A stretch of 62,979 nucleotides of DNA, counting the filler, from Choristocarpus tenellus KU-1152 (Eukaryota > Protista > Phaeophyceae), in NCBI GenBank assembly GCA_964200185.2. It is 8 parts of 8 records of this genome, joined end to end, with 100 filler letters (N's around TTAATTAATTAA, not from the genome) between each part and the next. Parts side by side here need not be neighbours in the genome. Positions count along the whole stretch, not along the records: positions 1 to 9,834 come from CAXNAD020003348.1; positions 9,935 to 29,261 come from CAXNAD020000471.1; 6 more parts are not named here. One strand, given 5' to 3'. Below are positions 1 through 12,929 of this stretch, in pieces. A program made the translations under genes and the position numbers. Under the pieces are notes generated by a model. That model ran no database searches, was not told the DNA's origin, and saw only the letters and a list, made by a program, of their open reading frames with translations. Positions within the stretch are counted from its first letter, which is position 1. Every line of letters starts with the position of its first letter.

Positions 1-1857
1 CCCCCTCACAAACCACCCCCCCCCTCCGAGATCTTTTACCCAGAGTATTAAGTTAAAGCTAAGAGTGAGTCCTATCCTTAAAGGGGGGGTAATTCTAATC
101 TCAATAATCACACTTTTACGTAATTCGGTAAATTACCAATTGAGACATTTCCTACAATGCTACTTCAACATCACTATATTCCTATGTCCTGATCCATCAT
201 TAATGTACCGCTACACACCTTGTCTTGCTACATATATAACTCCTACTTCATATATATATATATATGAATCGTGTGATTGTGTGGTGGTGTGGTTCACTCA
301 GGTAAGGGTGGTGAAGAGAATGACCAGGCAAGACGGACCAGATGAACCAAGATGAACCGTAACCGAGTGGACAAGGTTAAGGTGGACAAGTGCAAGACTG
401 CTTGTACAAAACTGTGGAGACAGACAGACTGAGGATCTAGTGATAGAGGGTTAACAGAAAGTCAAGACATGAGAACGAAGTGAATCTTTCGTGTTTGACA
501 ACACTGAATGAAGAGCAGTCCCATATCTGTGGAACCGGGCTCCTTAAGAGACTCCATGGATTCATTCACACGGAATTTCCTCCACTGGAATCATGGATTC
601 TTGACAAGGAACCTCAATCGGTATAAAAACAGACAAACCTGCTTTCCACAAAATGTTTTTAAAACATCCCCCAAAACAAGTCGAAGTGGTAACCAAGAAC
701 ATGGTACAAAGTGACCTAAATCTTAACCGAAAACATCCCCAAAAATATGGCGAAGCACCCAAGAAACATCACGAAAATATGTGAATAATAAAAAAAAGGT
801 ATCAAAAACATAACCAAAAACATGATACAGAGTGGTGTACTCATGTCCGAAAAAATACCCCATATCTTGACCCCATGTTCAAGAACCATTGCGAAAAATA
901 AGTGAAAACGCCTTTTAAAACGTCCCCACATATGGTTCGAAAACACATCAAAATGGTTCGCAAATGATGTGAAACTGTTTCGCAAACGGTTCGAAAGATG
1001 GTTCCAAAATGAGGGGAGAAATGTTGCAATTTGGTCTTTCCCAAGCGTGGGGGCGGTCTCCAAGAAGATCTAACTCACCTGTGTACAGCAGTGGTATGTA
1101 TGTGTATCGTCGACATTCTTCCTACACCACATCTCCATTCTCTCTCAGGGAAAGTAGATTTTGGACAATCTATTTTTCCTGAACTGTTCTTCCTGAACAA
1201 GGGCCTGTTTTTGATGCGATGCAGCATCTTCCTGATGTTGGACACCCAACCACTACGTTTGTTGTTGTAGGGTGGGCGAAATTGTAACCGAAAATATATG
1301 GAAGTACATTGGAAAAAAGGGGGCAGGTAGAGACCTTTAACAATGTACCGTAGATTATGTTCATGTATCCAAGTAGGGATTGATACACAGCTGGTAGTAA
1401 GGTATTCATATAATGTACTGGGGTATATTGGTCATGTACTATGCGTGGTAAACGAAACACAGTGAACACTCAACACTCACCTATAGACTATGGAGATTAC
1501 TGTACAATACGACTAGCGTTCTAGATATGAGACATTATGGATATTTATAGTTTTTCAACATTGGAGAGTAGAGGTGCACTGGCTGTGCGAAGTGACTTGG
1601 TGTGTGAGCCTGTTTGTCACAAATGGTTGTAGGTGAGGGTACAAGGAAGGAGTTGTAATTTCTGTGAGCACCTTGGAAAGGCATTTCTGTGGTCAAGGTG
1701 TATTTTTGTATTTTGGAATGGTATTCCATTCGTGAATACATACGGAGTAGTATCGAAGTGTCTTCAATCTGTAAACACAACTCCCTTTAATTTTGTGTGG
1801 TGTCAGTTCTTGGGTAATCAATCGTGTTACCCATATATTTGTTTTTGAGTGCAGGGC

Positions 1858-4800
1858 ATGGCCTCTGTCGCATCTCGAGCGATACGCTTCGCTCTGAAGA
1901 GGCCATGCCCAAGTTCAATGCTTCTTGCAAGCACGAGAAAGAGGTAAAGCATCATTTCTGCGTGGTATAGTTAAATGGCATATTCATTCGTCCTCGAGGA
2001 ATACCGTCGCTCTAAGCGAAAGACTACGATATCAGTGGAATTCCCCTATTATAATACTGCATCTACCAGTCTTCTCTCTTTTGTCAAGTTTTACTGATGA
2101 ACAAGCATTCTATTCCAAATTCCTTACTAATATTTGGCATTTTCCACCATGCACCTTGGCCGTGTTGCCCATTCCGCGCTTGTAGAACCTTGACAAATTG
2201 CGAATAATCAGCTCAGGCTCCCCCTAGCGTTTTACATTATCAACTTGCTCAATCTTTTGGATGAACTGCCATCTCGTTTATAACCATTCTTTTACCAACA
2301 TGTATTTGATACTCTTTATTACCGCAGTCCTTCACTACCTGATGTTTCGAGCCAGACACGGTTTTTTAACCAAACACCCAGAGCTAGACTGGCTGAAGCT
2401 GGAAAGGGAAGTAGAGGCCTAAGCGATGCTGATCGAGGGGATGATTCTCTGTTTGACAAAGGAAATCCGAACATATCCAGTCCTGGAATTGATGACATAG
2501 AAGACAATATGGATATTTCTGCAGCCATATCGTTAAGGGACGGAGACAAGCCTGATTTCATGGACCTGGTGAGACTCTGTATGTCCATTGTGCGGGCAGA
2601 GTCAGGTGTGCAGGGGTTTGTCAAGCCTTTGTTGTCGCGTTTATTGGTGCCGTTCCGCATCTGGAAGGCTGATCATTGCCTCTTTCTTTGTCACATGTTT
2701 GCCCGAAAAAATATATATAATCTTCCCTTTTCACTTTCCATCCAACGCTATAGTTTTCCTCATATGATCTGGCGCAGAATGTAGTAGCATGTTGACCGTA
2801 AGTGATAAAGGTCAAACAGACCCGTTCTACCACACATTTTTTGTGCGTAATATTTGGTTCGTGAGCCACCACAAGTAGGTGTGTCAAATTCCAGGTGTTC
2901 CTGTTTATAGTTGTTTTCCTGAACCTAGGGGGCAGTTTTTTATGGAGTTCGACGAGTCTTTAGGTTGGGCCTATCTGCCATGCGATTATCTGGTCCTTTT
3001 TTTGTTGTTATGATGAGTGTTGGGATATTCCATCTCTGCTGTGTGTGACCAATTTGAAATTTTTACGTTCTGCCTCTTTTGTTCTGTGGTACAATATTCC
3101 CCTTGTGGATGCGTATTCAGGCTGACTTGATGCTCTCTGGTAGTACTTATGATGAGGTAGTAAAGGGGACCGAGTTCGACACAATCGATGAGGAAACACG
3201 CGATATCTATGAGGAGACTGATCGGCGATTATCTGCGCTTCAAGAGAACGAATTGGATGCCTACCTTGAAAGCATTGGGTAAGAACAAAGGAGTGAGAAT
3301 AATAATGTGACAACGAAAGTGTTGTTGATTGAAGTGGGTGCTGAATTTTTGCTGAGGGGTGATAACACAGTGCACGTGGCGCACCTTTGAAAAAGGATTG
3401 CAAGGCCTAATTTCATGCTAGATGGATACCACAAGAAGAATTGTATTGAGGTATTGAAGGTATTATCAACCACTCGCTTGGAGCTGTGTGGTGCTTTAGG
3501 CCACTACGGAAGGCTGCTGTTTATGACTACTATGCACTTGTTCATACTAAAATAGGTGTAATACACACCAAACTCAATGCGGGAGAGTGTAGATAAGAGA
3601 AATCGATGTATAGTTGACTTGCATGCCATGTAGTACACTGACTTATCATATTTGTTGAAGTTCTGTGGAAATATTCAAGTTTATTTTTATTTTTATCCTG
3701 TAAGTTGTTATTAGTCCTCCCAAATTCCCGGTAGTTGTCTCATCTCTCTTTTGAAATTTTACAATGCCAAGGGTTTTCTTCACCTCTTCTATATTCTGTT
3801 GGCTGTTAACAGGGAGCACGAGTTGGTGGACAAAATAAATGCTCCAGAGGACAAGCGAATTGAGACTATTCGAAAGGTGCTCTTGTTGATGCAGTAGGTC
3901 GGTTGTGTTAATATTGGATTGTGCCAGGAGGGAGGAAAGTACGAGTCGTGGATGTGATATGCAATAGAGGAAGAAATACCGCCTATTTCTTATGTTGTCC
4001 GTGATAATGTCATTCTCTTTTGACCTATTTTTTCCTTTCAGAATATTTCGGTAGATTGTTCAATCTTAACCATTATATGCTCAAAGAGACTATCAGGTGC
4101 TTGCACTTTCGCATTCATGGGCTGGTTGTGACAATTGATTACATTGTGTTTACTAAATTCTTTCACCTGCTTGAACAATCTAGGAGTTGATTGTTTTATA
4201 GGGGAAGGTACAATAGCAGTGTTTGTGTGGTTTGTTTGTGGAGACTTTTTTAGTGTCAATGTTGGTGCAGGACTCAGCTCATGACATCGGTGTGTCTATG
4301 GTGTTGGTAGTATGGGTTCAAGAAAAGTATATTCTTTTTTTATGTTGTGTTTTTTTGCAACGTACAGAGGCTGTATTTTTGTTGATTATAGTACAACATC
4401 GTGATCATTGTGCCAGTCGTGTGGTGACTAAATTTATTCATCTTTGATCTTCTCCACAGCTTGAGAAAGGAGACCTGCAAAAGAACAATGAAGTTGAAAT
4501 GGCCCAGGGAGAGTGGTCAGAGGTTTTAGTCGACACTGATCGAGTGCAAAAGGTGAAGAACATTCCAAAATGTAGTTTAGACATGCACACATGCACAAGA
4601 AATCATTGTCTTCTCTTACCACCGCACTGTGTTTTTCATTTCTGGTGATTGGGAATCAATATTTCAAAGTAGTTGTTAGCAGGTCAAGTTCGTAATTCTG
4701 TATCATTATGTGCATGTTTTATACTGCTGTGCAGCTCAGAGATCTAGCTGAGATGTAGGAGGTTGATTATATATCAACAGTGTCTTACAATCTCAAATGC

Positions 4801-7107
4801 TTTGAGCAAGAAGAATGAGGTAAATAATCCAATAGAATACCTTTGGGGTATGAAGCCTTAGTGGCTCCTCGCTATCCCAGACTTGAAGCTCTCAAAAGGA
4901 TTGCAATGCTTGTCTTTGGGACGTTGGAGTTCACACATCTATTGTGTCCATTTGTTGAATGCACTTTTGGGGGGGGCTCGTTAAATGTTCGAAGCATGGT
5001 TTCATGTTTTTGAAATCTCGTTTCAATTAACAATATGAAAGTATGGTACTTCTTTCAAGATATGGCCAATCTTTTTTTACTTGACTGTAGCAACTCTCAT
5101 GATGCCTTACTATTGACCGGTTCAACACCCTCTAAATTTGACACCACATCACCTTCCCAATTGATTTTAGACAAGTCCAAAAAATGTAACTCGTGTGTAC
5201 CTGTGGGGCACGTTGTTGTATGTGACTCTTCTGATGACATGAAACACCATTAGACAATCAAAGGTGGTACTGTGTTGTCCTACCGAGCACTTGTGGCGGT
5301 GGGCAATCTGCAGGGTATGGGAGGTTTTGCTATGGGCAAGTCGTCAAATCCAGCTGATGCAGTGACAAAGGCAAGCCGGTGAGATACCTAAAGCAACTCT
5401 TGAGGTATGCTTTGTAATGAGTTTCTGTTAAGATTTGAAGTTGATATTGGCGAAGGGAAACAAGGTTTGGACTCTATCAGTCTGGTAACAATGGTTTCAA
5501 TGTGCTGAGTCCATGTTTGAACAAAAATTCTCATCCATCTCGTGAACATGCCTTAACTTGCTGTTTTTTTGAGAGATTGAATTGAGTACCATGTATAGAA
5601 TCTATCTCGTTGGTTGTAGCCATGAGTATATTTTTACGTTTGTCACACTCTTTTGCTTGTGTGGTCTCATCCTTTGGACAGGAAGGCGAAGCATTTGACA
5701 AATTTGGTGCTTGTAGATCGCTACAAGCAGTGTGCACTTGCCCATGATGTCGTGGGCAAACACAATGGATGCAAGGTGAACTGTCTATACTATTACACTA
5801 CTGCATTGGTATTTGTTATTTATTGAAAGAGGATCATTGTATCAGAGTGTAATCCAAGTAAGTGGGATTTATGTGTTGGTCATCATTTTATTTTTTTTAC
5901 AGTGGTGAGCTGGACATGCTTGGAACATAATTTAATTTGAGGGCTAGAAACCCTAGTGAAATACCCCCATTTGCTGTGTGTGAATGAGTGGGATTTGATG
6001 CATTGGAAAAGGACTGATATTAATATCGCAAATGTAAAGGACTTTGTACATCAATTGCATCCCAACAAGTGTGTAATGTTTGCACACTCATTGGAAGTGG
6101 CTAACAGATACGTTCAATTAATTTTGAATAGACACGTGGTAATTCCTCTAGAGTGCATGAAAGCATTGTGACATTTCCTTTGCTTCTTCCAGTTCACATT
6201 TAAGTAGACCATACCTCTCTCAACAGAATTCATCTATCACTTGTACCTTCCCTGTAGAGGTGATGTTGAAGAAATACTTGTCACTGACATGGTTTTGTAT
6301 TTGTGTGACCTTGCTGTACAGGCATACCTTTGGGCACGCCCGCCGGGGTATGGCATGAGAGCCTCTGGTATTGTAAGAGAGATTCTGTACAACATGGGGA
6401 TCACTGATGCAGGGGTAAGTATTGAATCAAGTACAACAGTTTTTTATAGTTAGGGATGTTTTTGTCTTTTTCATCTCATGCAAAAATAAATAAATATTTT
6501 GAGTTGTTGTGATCCTGACCAGTGTATATACCATGAAACTCACTCTAGTAAATCACCTCGTTTGGGAGTGATAAAATGAAGCAGTCAGAACTTTTTCTTT
6601 CCTTTGTGAAAAATTGAGATTTTCATTTTTGTTATTGTTAAGGCTAAGATATTCACTTTGTGTAAACCCTGAAACCCCTGAGGGTGTTCCCCTGATTCTT
6701 CACCTCCACATTGGGGAGATTTGAAGCACTCTAGTACAATGTGCCACTGTGGGCACAGATTGAACTACAATGACATTTTTCCTTCCCGTATCTTTCAGGT
6801 AAATTGGTATCATTAGTAAATATTGTATTGTTACTACACATATATTAGCTATTAAGTTTTGTCCCTGAAATGACTAAGGGTTCTTTCTTGGTGTGTAATG
6901 TAATAAATCTATCCTCAAGTTTTGTGTCTTGTGGCATGACATTTCTGCATCTTGTTATCACAGGCAAAAATCATTGGGAACCGCAACCCATACTCAATGG
7001 TAAATGCAGTCTTCAATGCCTTGAGCAAGCATGAGGGAATTGAAACAACAGCTCTCAAGCGTGGTAAGCGGATACTGTCTTTACAGAAGATTCGTGCAAG
7101 ATGGTAA
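1858..7107 (+). CDS. MRPS5: Mitochondrial small-subunit ribosomal protein uS5m (S5), 9 exons, ~365 aa
   Basis: Exons 1858-1943, 2328-2568, 3121-3278, 3813-3876, 4460-4552, 5254-5378, 5682-5775, 6322-6414, 6964-7107. All are GT-AG and phase-consistent (1098 nt). Spliced product contains the S5 signatures EVLVDTDRVQKTIKGGTVLSYRALVAVGNLQGMGGFAMGKS, LAHDVVGKHNGCK, ARPPGYGMRASGIVREIL and DAGAKIIGNRNPYSMVNA. The N-terminus MASVASRAIRFALKRP is Arg/Ser/Ala-rich and acid-free, like a mitochondrial presequence. Confidence 0.92.
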
Positions 7108-8690
7108 AGGTGGTATTGGTACTGCAGGTAGAACTCTCTCTATTGTGTGATGCTACAGCAACCACATGTTTTTTTAAGACTTCACACCTTTCTTGGGACG
7201 CAGGCTCTCTACATGTGCATCAGCCTTGGAGGAGACATTGTCCCGTCAAGAGTATATGCTAGTAATATACAAGGAAATGTGTCTGTTGATAGTTGTTTGT
7301 TATGGTAGAGTATTGACTGTGTGTCAAACACATTGATTGTAATGTATGAACCAACCAAGCATGTATGGAAATGAACGGATAATTTTCCATATGCAATGTT
7401 TCTTTGAGTATTTTGTCTAACTTCATTGAAGAGATTATTTTTCATCTGTGCTGCATTTAATATTTGACACAAGATGTGGGTGAGGACATGAGGAAGGGAG
7501 GGGGTGGGTAGTGCCATCTACAACCTGATGGTGAATTCTGTGCTGCCTATTGAGATGTGTCAGTGACTAGAGGGTACTTCAGAGAGCAACAAATCTACAT
7601 AGTCTGCCCATGCTGCAACAAAGAATTCTTACAGGATAAGTGCCCACAGGCAGGGATTTTAAATTGTTGCAAAATATATGGGGTTGATCCAGCCTACAAC
7701 CTCGTGCTATTACAATTCTAAAGGTCCTGGCTTGATGTTAGGGCTTTGGTCTCTGTTCTGGCCCCTGTTAAATGGTATTGACATTGGGTTGACCCTTTGG
7801 AAATATAGTACAGTCTCTGCTACTACTGGTGTTGTCTCAATCTTTATGTCTATTATTGAGTGTTCATTTTTCAGCCCTGTCCAACCCAAGCAAGACCTGG
7901 GTTGACGTTTGTCAAAATTCTACTCGTTGTTGTCAGAGAAGTAAAATTGTGGGATAATATTCTTCAAAGTGTGTGCATTCAAAGGGTCCTACGAGTGTCT
8001 TGATTCGAGATACTTTGTAGACGCTAATATTTATAGTGCTTTGTAGGTCAAGCAATGAAGACAATGGAATAACTGTGATGATTGGTTGGGTTCGTGTATT
8101 GCTACTATGCATGATCTACAAACCTCCTGCTGATCAAAGTATGTGAATAACCGCAGGCACTATAGTCCAGACTGCACTCATTGCCATGCATTATTCCTAG
8201 AGTATACAATTAAGCTGCCAGGTGTCATCACATACCCTCATTAACTTTTTAGGTGGATCTCACACTTTATTTTAGAATACAGCGGTTTGAATATGTTGTC
8301 TTCCTTTCACAGCATGATCTGCTGTAGGATGGCCAGCAAAGTTTCTGCACCTTTTCCCCAGAGTGGCTGGAGGGTTTCCAAGTGATACTTTACAGCATCA
8401 ATAAGGTCATCCTTTGTACAAGAGATGATTTAATCCTGGAGGGGGACACGAAAGGTGTTGCAAAACCCGGGTTAAGTGTCAGTTATATTAGGGCTGATCA
8501 TGTGAATGCCGACCAGTCACTTGTGTATGACATGACCATATCTGAATTTTGAATTATATTACATAGACATGCACTTTCTTGTCAAATGTAAATTGTCTGT
8601 CCCTTCCCACCTCCTGCACACTTCCCCTTCATATATTTTATGGATTACATTGTCGATCAGTATCTTCTTGTACCTCTTCGTGGCAACCTA

Positions 8691-9619
8691 CACGGTCTTT
8701 AACTCAATTTTTCTCAGAAGTCTATTTCCGCTACCGTGTTAGAAGTCGCCTCCTGCATCAACTTTGTCGTGCCGAAACTTTTGATCAACAACGATTTTTT
8801 CATAAAAACTAGTTTGTGATCGCATCAGCATGGTTAACCCTATTTGATGGGTCTCGGTTGGTCAACTTGCAGTAATCGTGAGAAACACAGGGCCATATCT
8901 AAATCAAGTGATCCGCGCCCGAACGGCGCATTTAAGGATGATTTTGACACCAAAAGAGGTCGTCTTCACCCGGAGAACATGGGCGTTGTTGTCTCTCCAT
9001 TCTCTTTCCATTATTTCCCGTTTATGCAATGCTGTCACCTGCTGGCTAAGGCTCGCTTAGGGGGGTTCAGGTCTCTGAATCAGACAATCTATGCCAAGCA
9101 AAATGAGGTATTCTGAAGGTGCATGCCTCCTGTGAGACTTAAATGTCATGCACGTCCTGTTCAATTTGGTGCACTTCATGCCTTTCTCGTTGGAATGTAT
9201 CAGGTGGTAAGCAATACTCAACCTGAAGAACCTCTCCACAATTACTCTGGACAACCCCCCTTCATCCTTAAGACTGATAGGAATGTTGACTCTCATTGGC
9301 AATGTGTAATCACAATGGCCCTGTACATAGTGCTTCGCCCGCCCCCATACCATCTCTATCAGGTTCAATTCTCAGTGGTACTTTAGAAGCATCAAGCAGT
9401 GTCCTCCAAGACGCTCAACCAGAATCGTGTGTTGTCAGTGGCTTAAACAGTATTAAGCCGAGGTTAGCCCATATACCGTTTTGGTGGTGACCAATCTTGA
9501 TTTTTTTTTGAAGGGTTCACCCAATGAGTTAAACGACAATAAGCATGTCAAATGAAAGCTCTGGATCGAAATTATCACAGGTCCAAAGGAATTTTTTCGG
9601 AAAAATATGTTTGGCCGTG
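8691..9619 (-). mobile_element. Internally deleted IS630/Tc1-mariner-like (DDE_3) DNA transposon remnant
   Basis: Minus strand reads KYH*ELNLIEMVWGRAKHY (degenerate LPKFHCELNPIExVWG motif). TA-CACGG at 8689 and CCGTG near 9615 are possible imperfect termini. The ~650 bp is shared with 37325-38010. Confidence 0.7.
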
Positions 9620-9834
9620 ATAGTATAATCCTTCCTTAGAGGTTGGAAACTACAATGTAATGTGTACACTGCTATGCTTTAACCCAGCTTATCCCTACAA
9701 AGGTGGGAGTGGAGCTAGGGACGCATCCCTAGGATCTAACAACCCCTTTCTAACCTATCTGTCCAGTGTCTCTATCATGAAACGCAGGTATTGCTACTGG
9801 CTCAAAGTGTCTGGGGGGGGGGGGGGGGCTGCAC

Positions 9835-9934
9835 NNNNNNNNNNNNNNNNNNNNNNNNNNNNNNNNNNNNNNNNNNNNTTAATTAATTAANNNNNNNNNN
9901 NNNNNNNNNNNNNNNNNNNNNNNNNNNNNNNNNN
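9835..9934. other. Artificial contig spacer N-TTAATTAATTAA-N (also ~29262, ~32150, ~40328, ~44746, ~48288, ~58028)
   Basis: The identical 12-mer, with stops in all six frames, is embedded in Ns seven times. Confidence 0.97.
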
Positions 9935-12929
9935 CTGTGGGTCTTCCCGCTCCCCTTCATTACGAAGAACCTGTCGGCTGTTTCCACCTGTTTCACAGAA
10001 GGTGGTAACCAACAACCTTACATCGACAAATCGGTATTTGTATACATCATTCCTCAATAACATTGACCTGTCCTTGTGCTGTAACATTCCTGGCTGGGTA
10101 GAAAAGATTTGTACATCTTCAGCACTCCTTAACGTTCACATGCATACAAGTCTTTTGTATATATAGGTTTCAAAAAATCGTAAATATATTTTGGAGAGAT
10201 ATCTTTCACATTGACAAAAACTATACCTTACAGGGGTCTTTATGGCATAGAATTGACTTTTCCCCTGACAAACGTCCAAGATGTCAGAGGACACAATAGT
10301 GTATGCATGCATTCTATGTATATAGGTAACAAATAGATTGAAAGGTAGTGAAAGAAGAAACAAATAGAAATGATCAGTGCATGTACAAAACGCCACTATA
10401 TTACAAGATAAACCATAGTTCATTTCACCAACACCCGATACTTGGAATGGGGTGTGTACCATCGTCACACTCACTCACCAATCAATGAGAAAAAGGGGAA
10501 CACACCAGACCCATCGAACTAATCCGAACACCACTGACTCATCGCATGTCAAAGGAAAGAAAGGAAAGTGGGACTCAAAAATAGCTAACCCCCTAAAAAG
10601 AGAGAGATGATAAGAAAAGGTACATTCAGCAGATAGTTACGAGTGTGCATGCACATGTGCACTGGCATATGCTCAGACTAACTTAGCTGCTCCTTTTGCA
10701 TGAAGTACGTCAGCTATCCAGCTTCCCTCTAATAATGCCGCTAACTACAGCATGAAGCTCGTTGTGCTGTTAACCACACACACTCATACCGCCTGTGCTC
10801 GTTGGTTACCCTTGTAATGCGTCCCTCAACCATGATCCCAAACTTGCCAAGATCATCTTACAAACACATCCACCAGTTCCGGTCCTTCTGTCAAACTTGT
10901 CTTCTGTTTGTCATACATAAATATCGACCAGTGCAATCGACCCTATGACGGGAGTATCTCACCATTTTTACACACAGTTAAGAAACTCAGCCTCAGGCAT
11001 TTGGATCTCAAGCTATAAAGTACTCGGCAGCTGCTGATGATCGTGTGGAAACAACCCCAGCCCAGCCTAGGCTTTCACTCAGACAACTAATCCCATACGA
11101 CCTGGTCATCTCCGACTTATAATTGTGACACAATCTCGAAACCCACAAATCATTATTTGATCACTAAGGTTGATGGGAAATTTGATGGAGTAGCACTAGT
11201 CAGTGTAGGTGTATTGACGGAATATCTCGGTAAGATGTGCGTCTTGCTCCTTGTGTATATTATTTTATCACATGATACAACTGAGCTTGCCCCTCAAAAT
11301 TCAAAAAGTGAAACGCACCATGTATGCCTCAGTAAGACTGGTCGCGGGCTGATACCCAAGGACTATGGACTTTCCAAAATTGATCTGGTTTGCACGCACT
11401 GCATTGGATGAGTCAACACTGAACCTGCTTCAAGATACTCTAGCATGATACTCACATTGATTTATAGAGGAAACGTTTGACCCTACAGAGCTAGTGCCTT
11501 GCACACTGCAGTAGGAGACCTCCCTGGGTCAGGAGCTGACATGTCCTTGCAAAACTCGATCACCATGCCATTAATATTGACATTGTGAACAGAATGATTG
11601 GAACGAACCTTCCAGCAGGCAAGAAGACCCTTGCATCTCGTCTACTTGATATCTCAAAATGACAAGTTTTGGCAATGGACTACCCAAAGAGGAAATACAA
11701 AACTAATTAGTCAGTGAATTAGCCCGAGTTCGAAAATCCTTACAATCTTAACCAAAAAAAGAATGGTTGACTTGATGGGGTCCTCATATAATGACCAACC
11801 GCGGGGATCACTCGATTTCCACCTAGACATGCCTTCAATAAAAAAATTATTGTACTGAAGATCCACATCATTGACTCATTGCATATATTTCCACAGTTAC
11901 TGCCAGAGCGCTAGCAAGCACCACGGGGTTTCATACATCATTATCAGGCAGTAGGAAATCTGAACACCCTCAATTTGCACAGCATTGGCAAGAACATAGG
12001 CATAATGAATGTCGAACACAAGTGTTACTAAAACTACCACTGGCAGCTCTACTACTTCAAGAAGAATGAAGCAGTGAGGACTGCCGACATGGGTCTTCCT
12101 GCACCTTCCCAGAACTGACATGTTGTATATGGTTCTATCATTGAGTCCCTACACAAGCCATCCCAAAAGTAGAATACATTCTACTCCTTTCTCTTAGGGC
12201 ACTATTGCATATCAAGACACTAATCACGAACAAAAAAGTATTTGTGCTAAAATATGCATCAATGAAACATGGTCAGCCCAAGAGTACATCATCATCATCA
12301 AGTCCAGAGCAAACACAAGCCTTATTTGTGCAGTTGAGATAAATTCCCTATGCCATCCTTCCTCATCGAACCAATACAATGTCCCACAGCCCACCACTAC
12401 TGTATGCCCCTGAGAATAGCAACGACAGCAGCGTTGATAAGACAGCTTGATCAAGTGACAGGAGAACACAGTACATATTGTACACCTCAAGCCTTTACAA
12501 CGCCCACCCATCAGGGATAGAAAACGAGTCTCAATCAAGTGCCGGTGTTCAATAAACTTCTCCTATTCTATCCTTCCACCTGCCAGTTCTCTTGTGAAGA
12601 GAAAAAACGCAACAAAGACACAGAGATGGGACACTCCCCAGGCAACACATGTTTCTCTTGAGACACACTAATGAAGTGTTAAAGTCATCGCTACTTCACC
12701 CCCATAACGCGTTGCACTTTCTTCTACATCAACAGACCTACAACGCCTGCACGCGAAGCCCCTCAAACACGCCCAACAAAACCTACGGCGCCTGATTTGA
12801 CTGAGAAAAAAAGGGCAAAGTAACACTAACCTCAAAAAAAGGGGCTCTTAGTTCAGCCAAGCATACAAGCCGAAAGCATACTGGCTACGTACAATGGCTT
12901 CTTTTCCTTTACCATTCTTTTGAATGCAA

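Noticed and set aside
640-1063. 115-aa minus-strand ORF in an AAAACAT-rich region
   Set aside because: Low-complexity degenerate short repeats with no domain signature
9879-9890. Recurrent TTAATTAATTAA palindrome as a biological motif
   Set aside because: Always embedded in Ns; it is an artificial six-frame-stop contig linker
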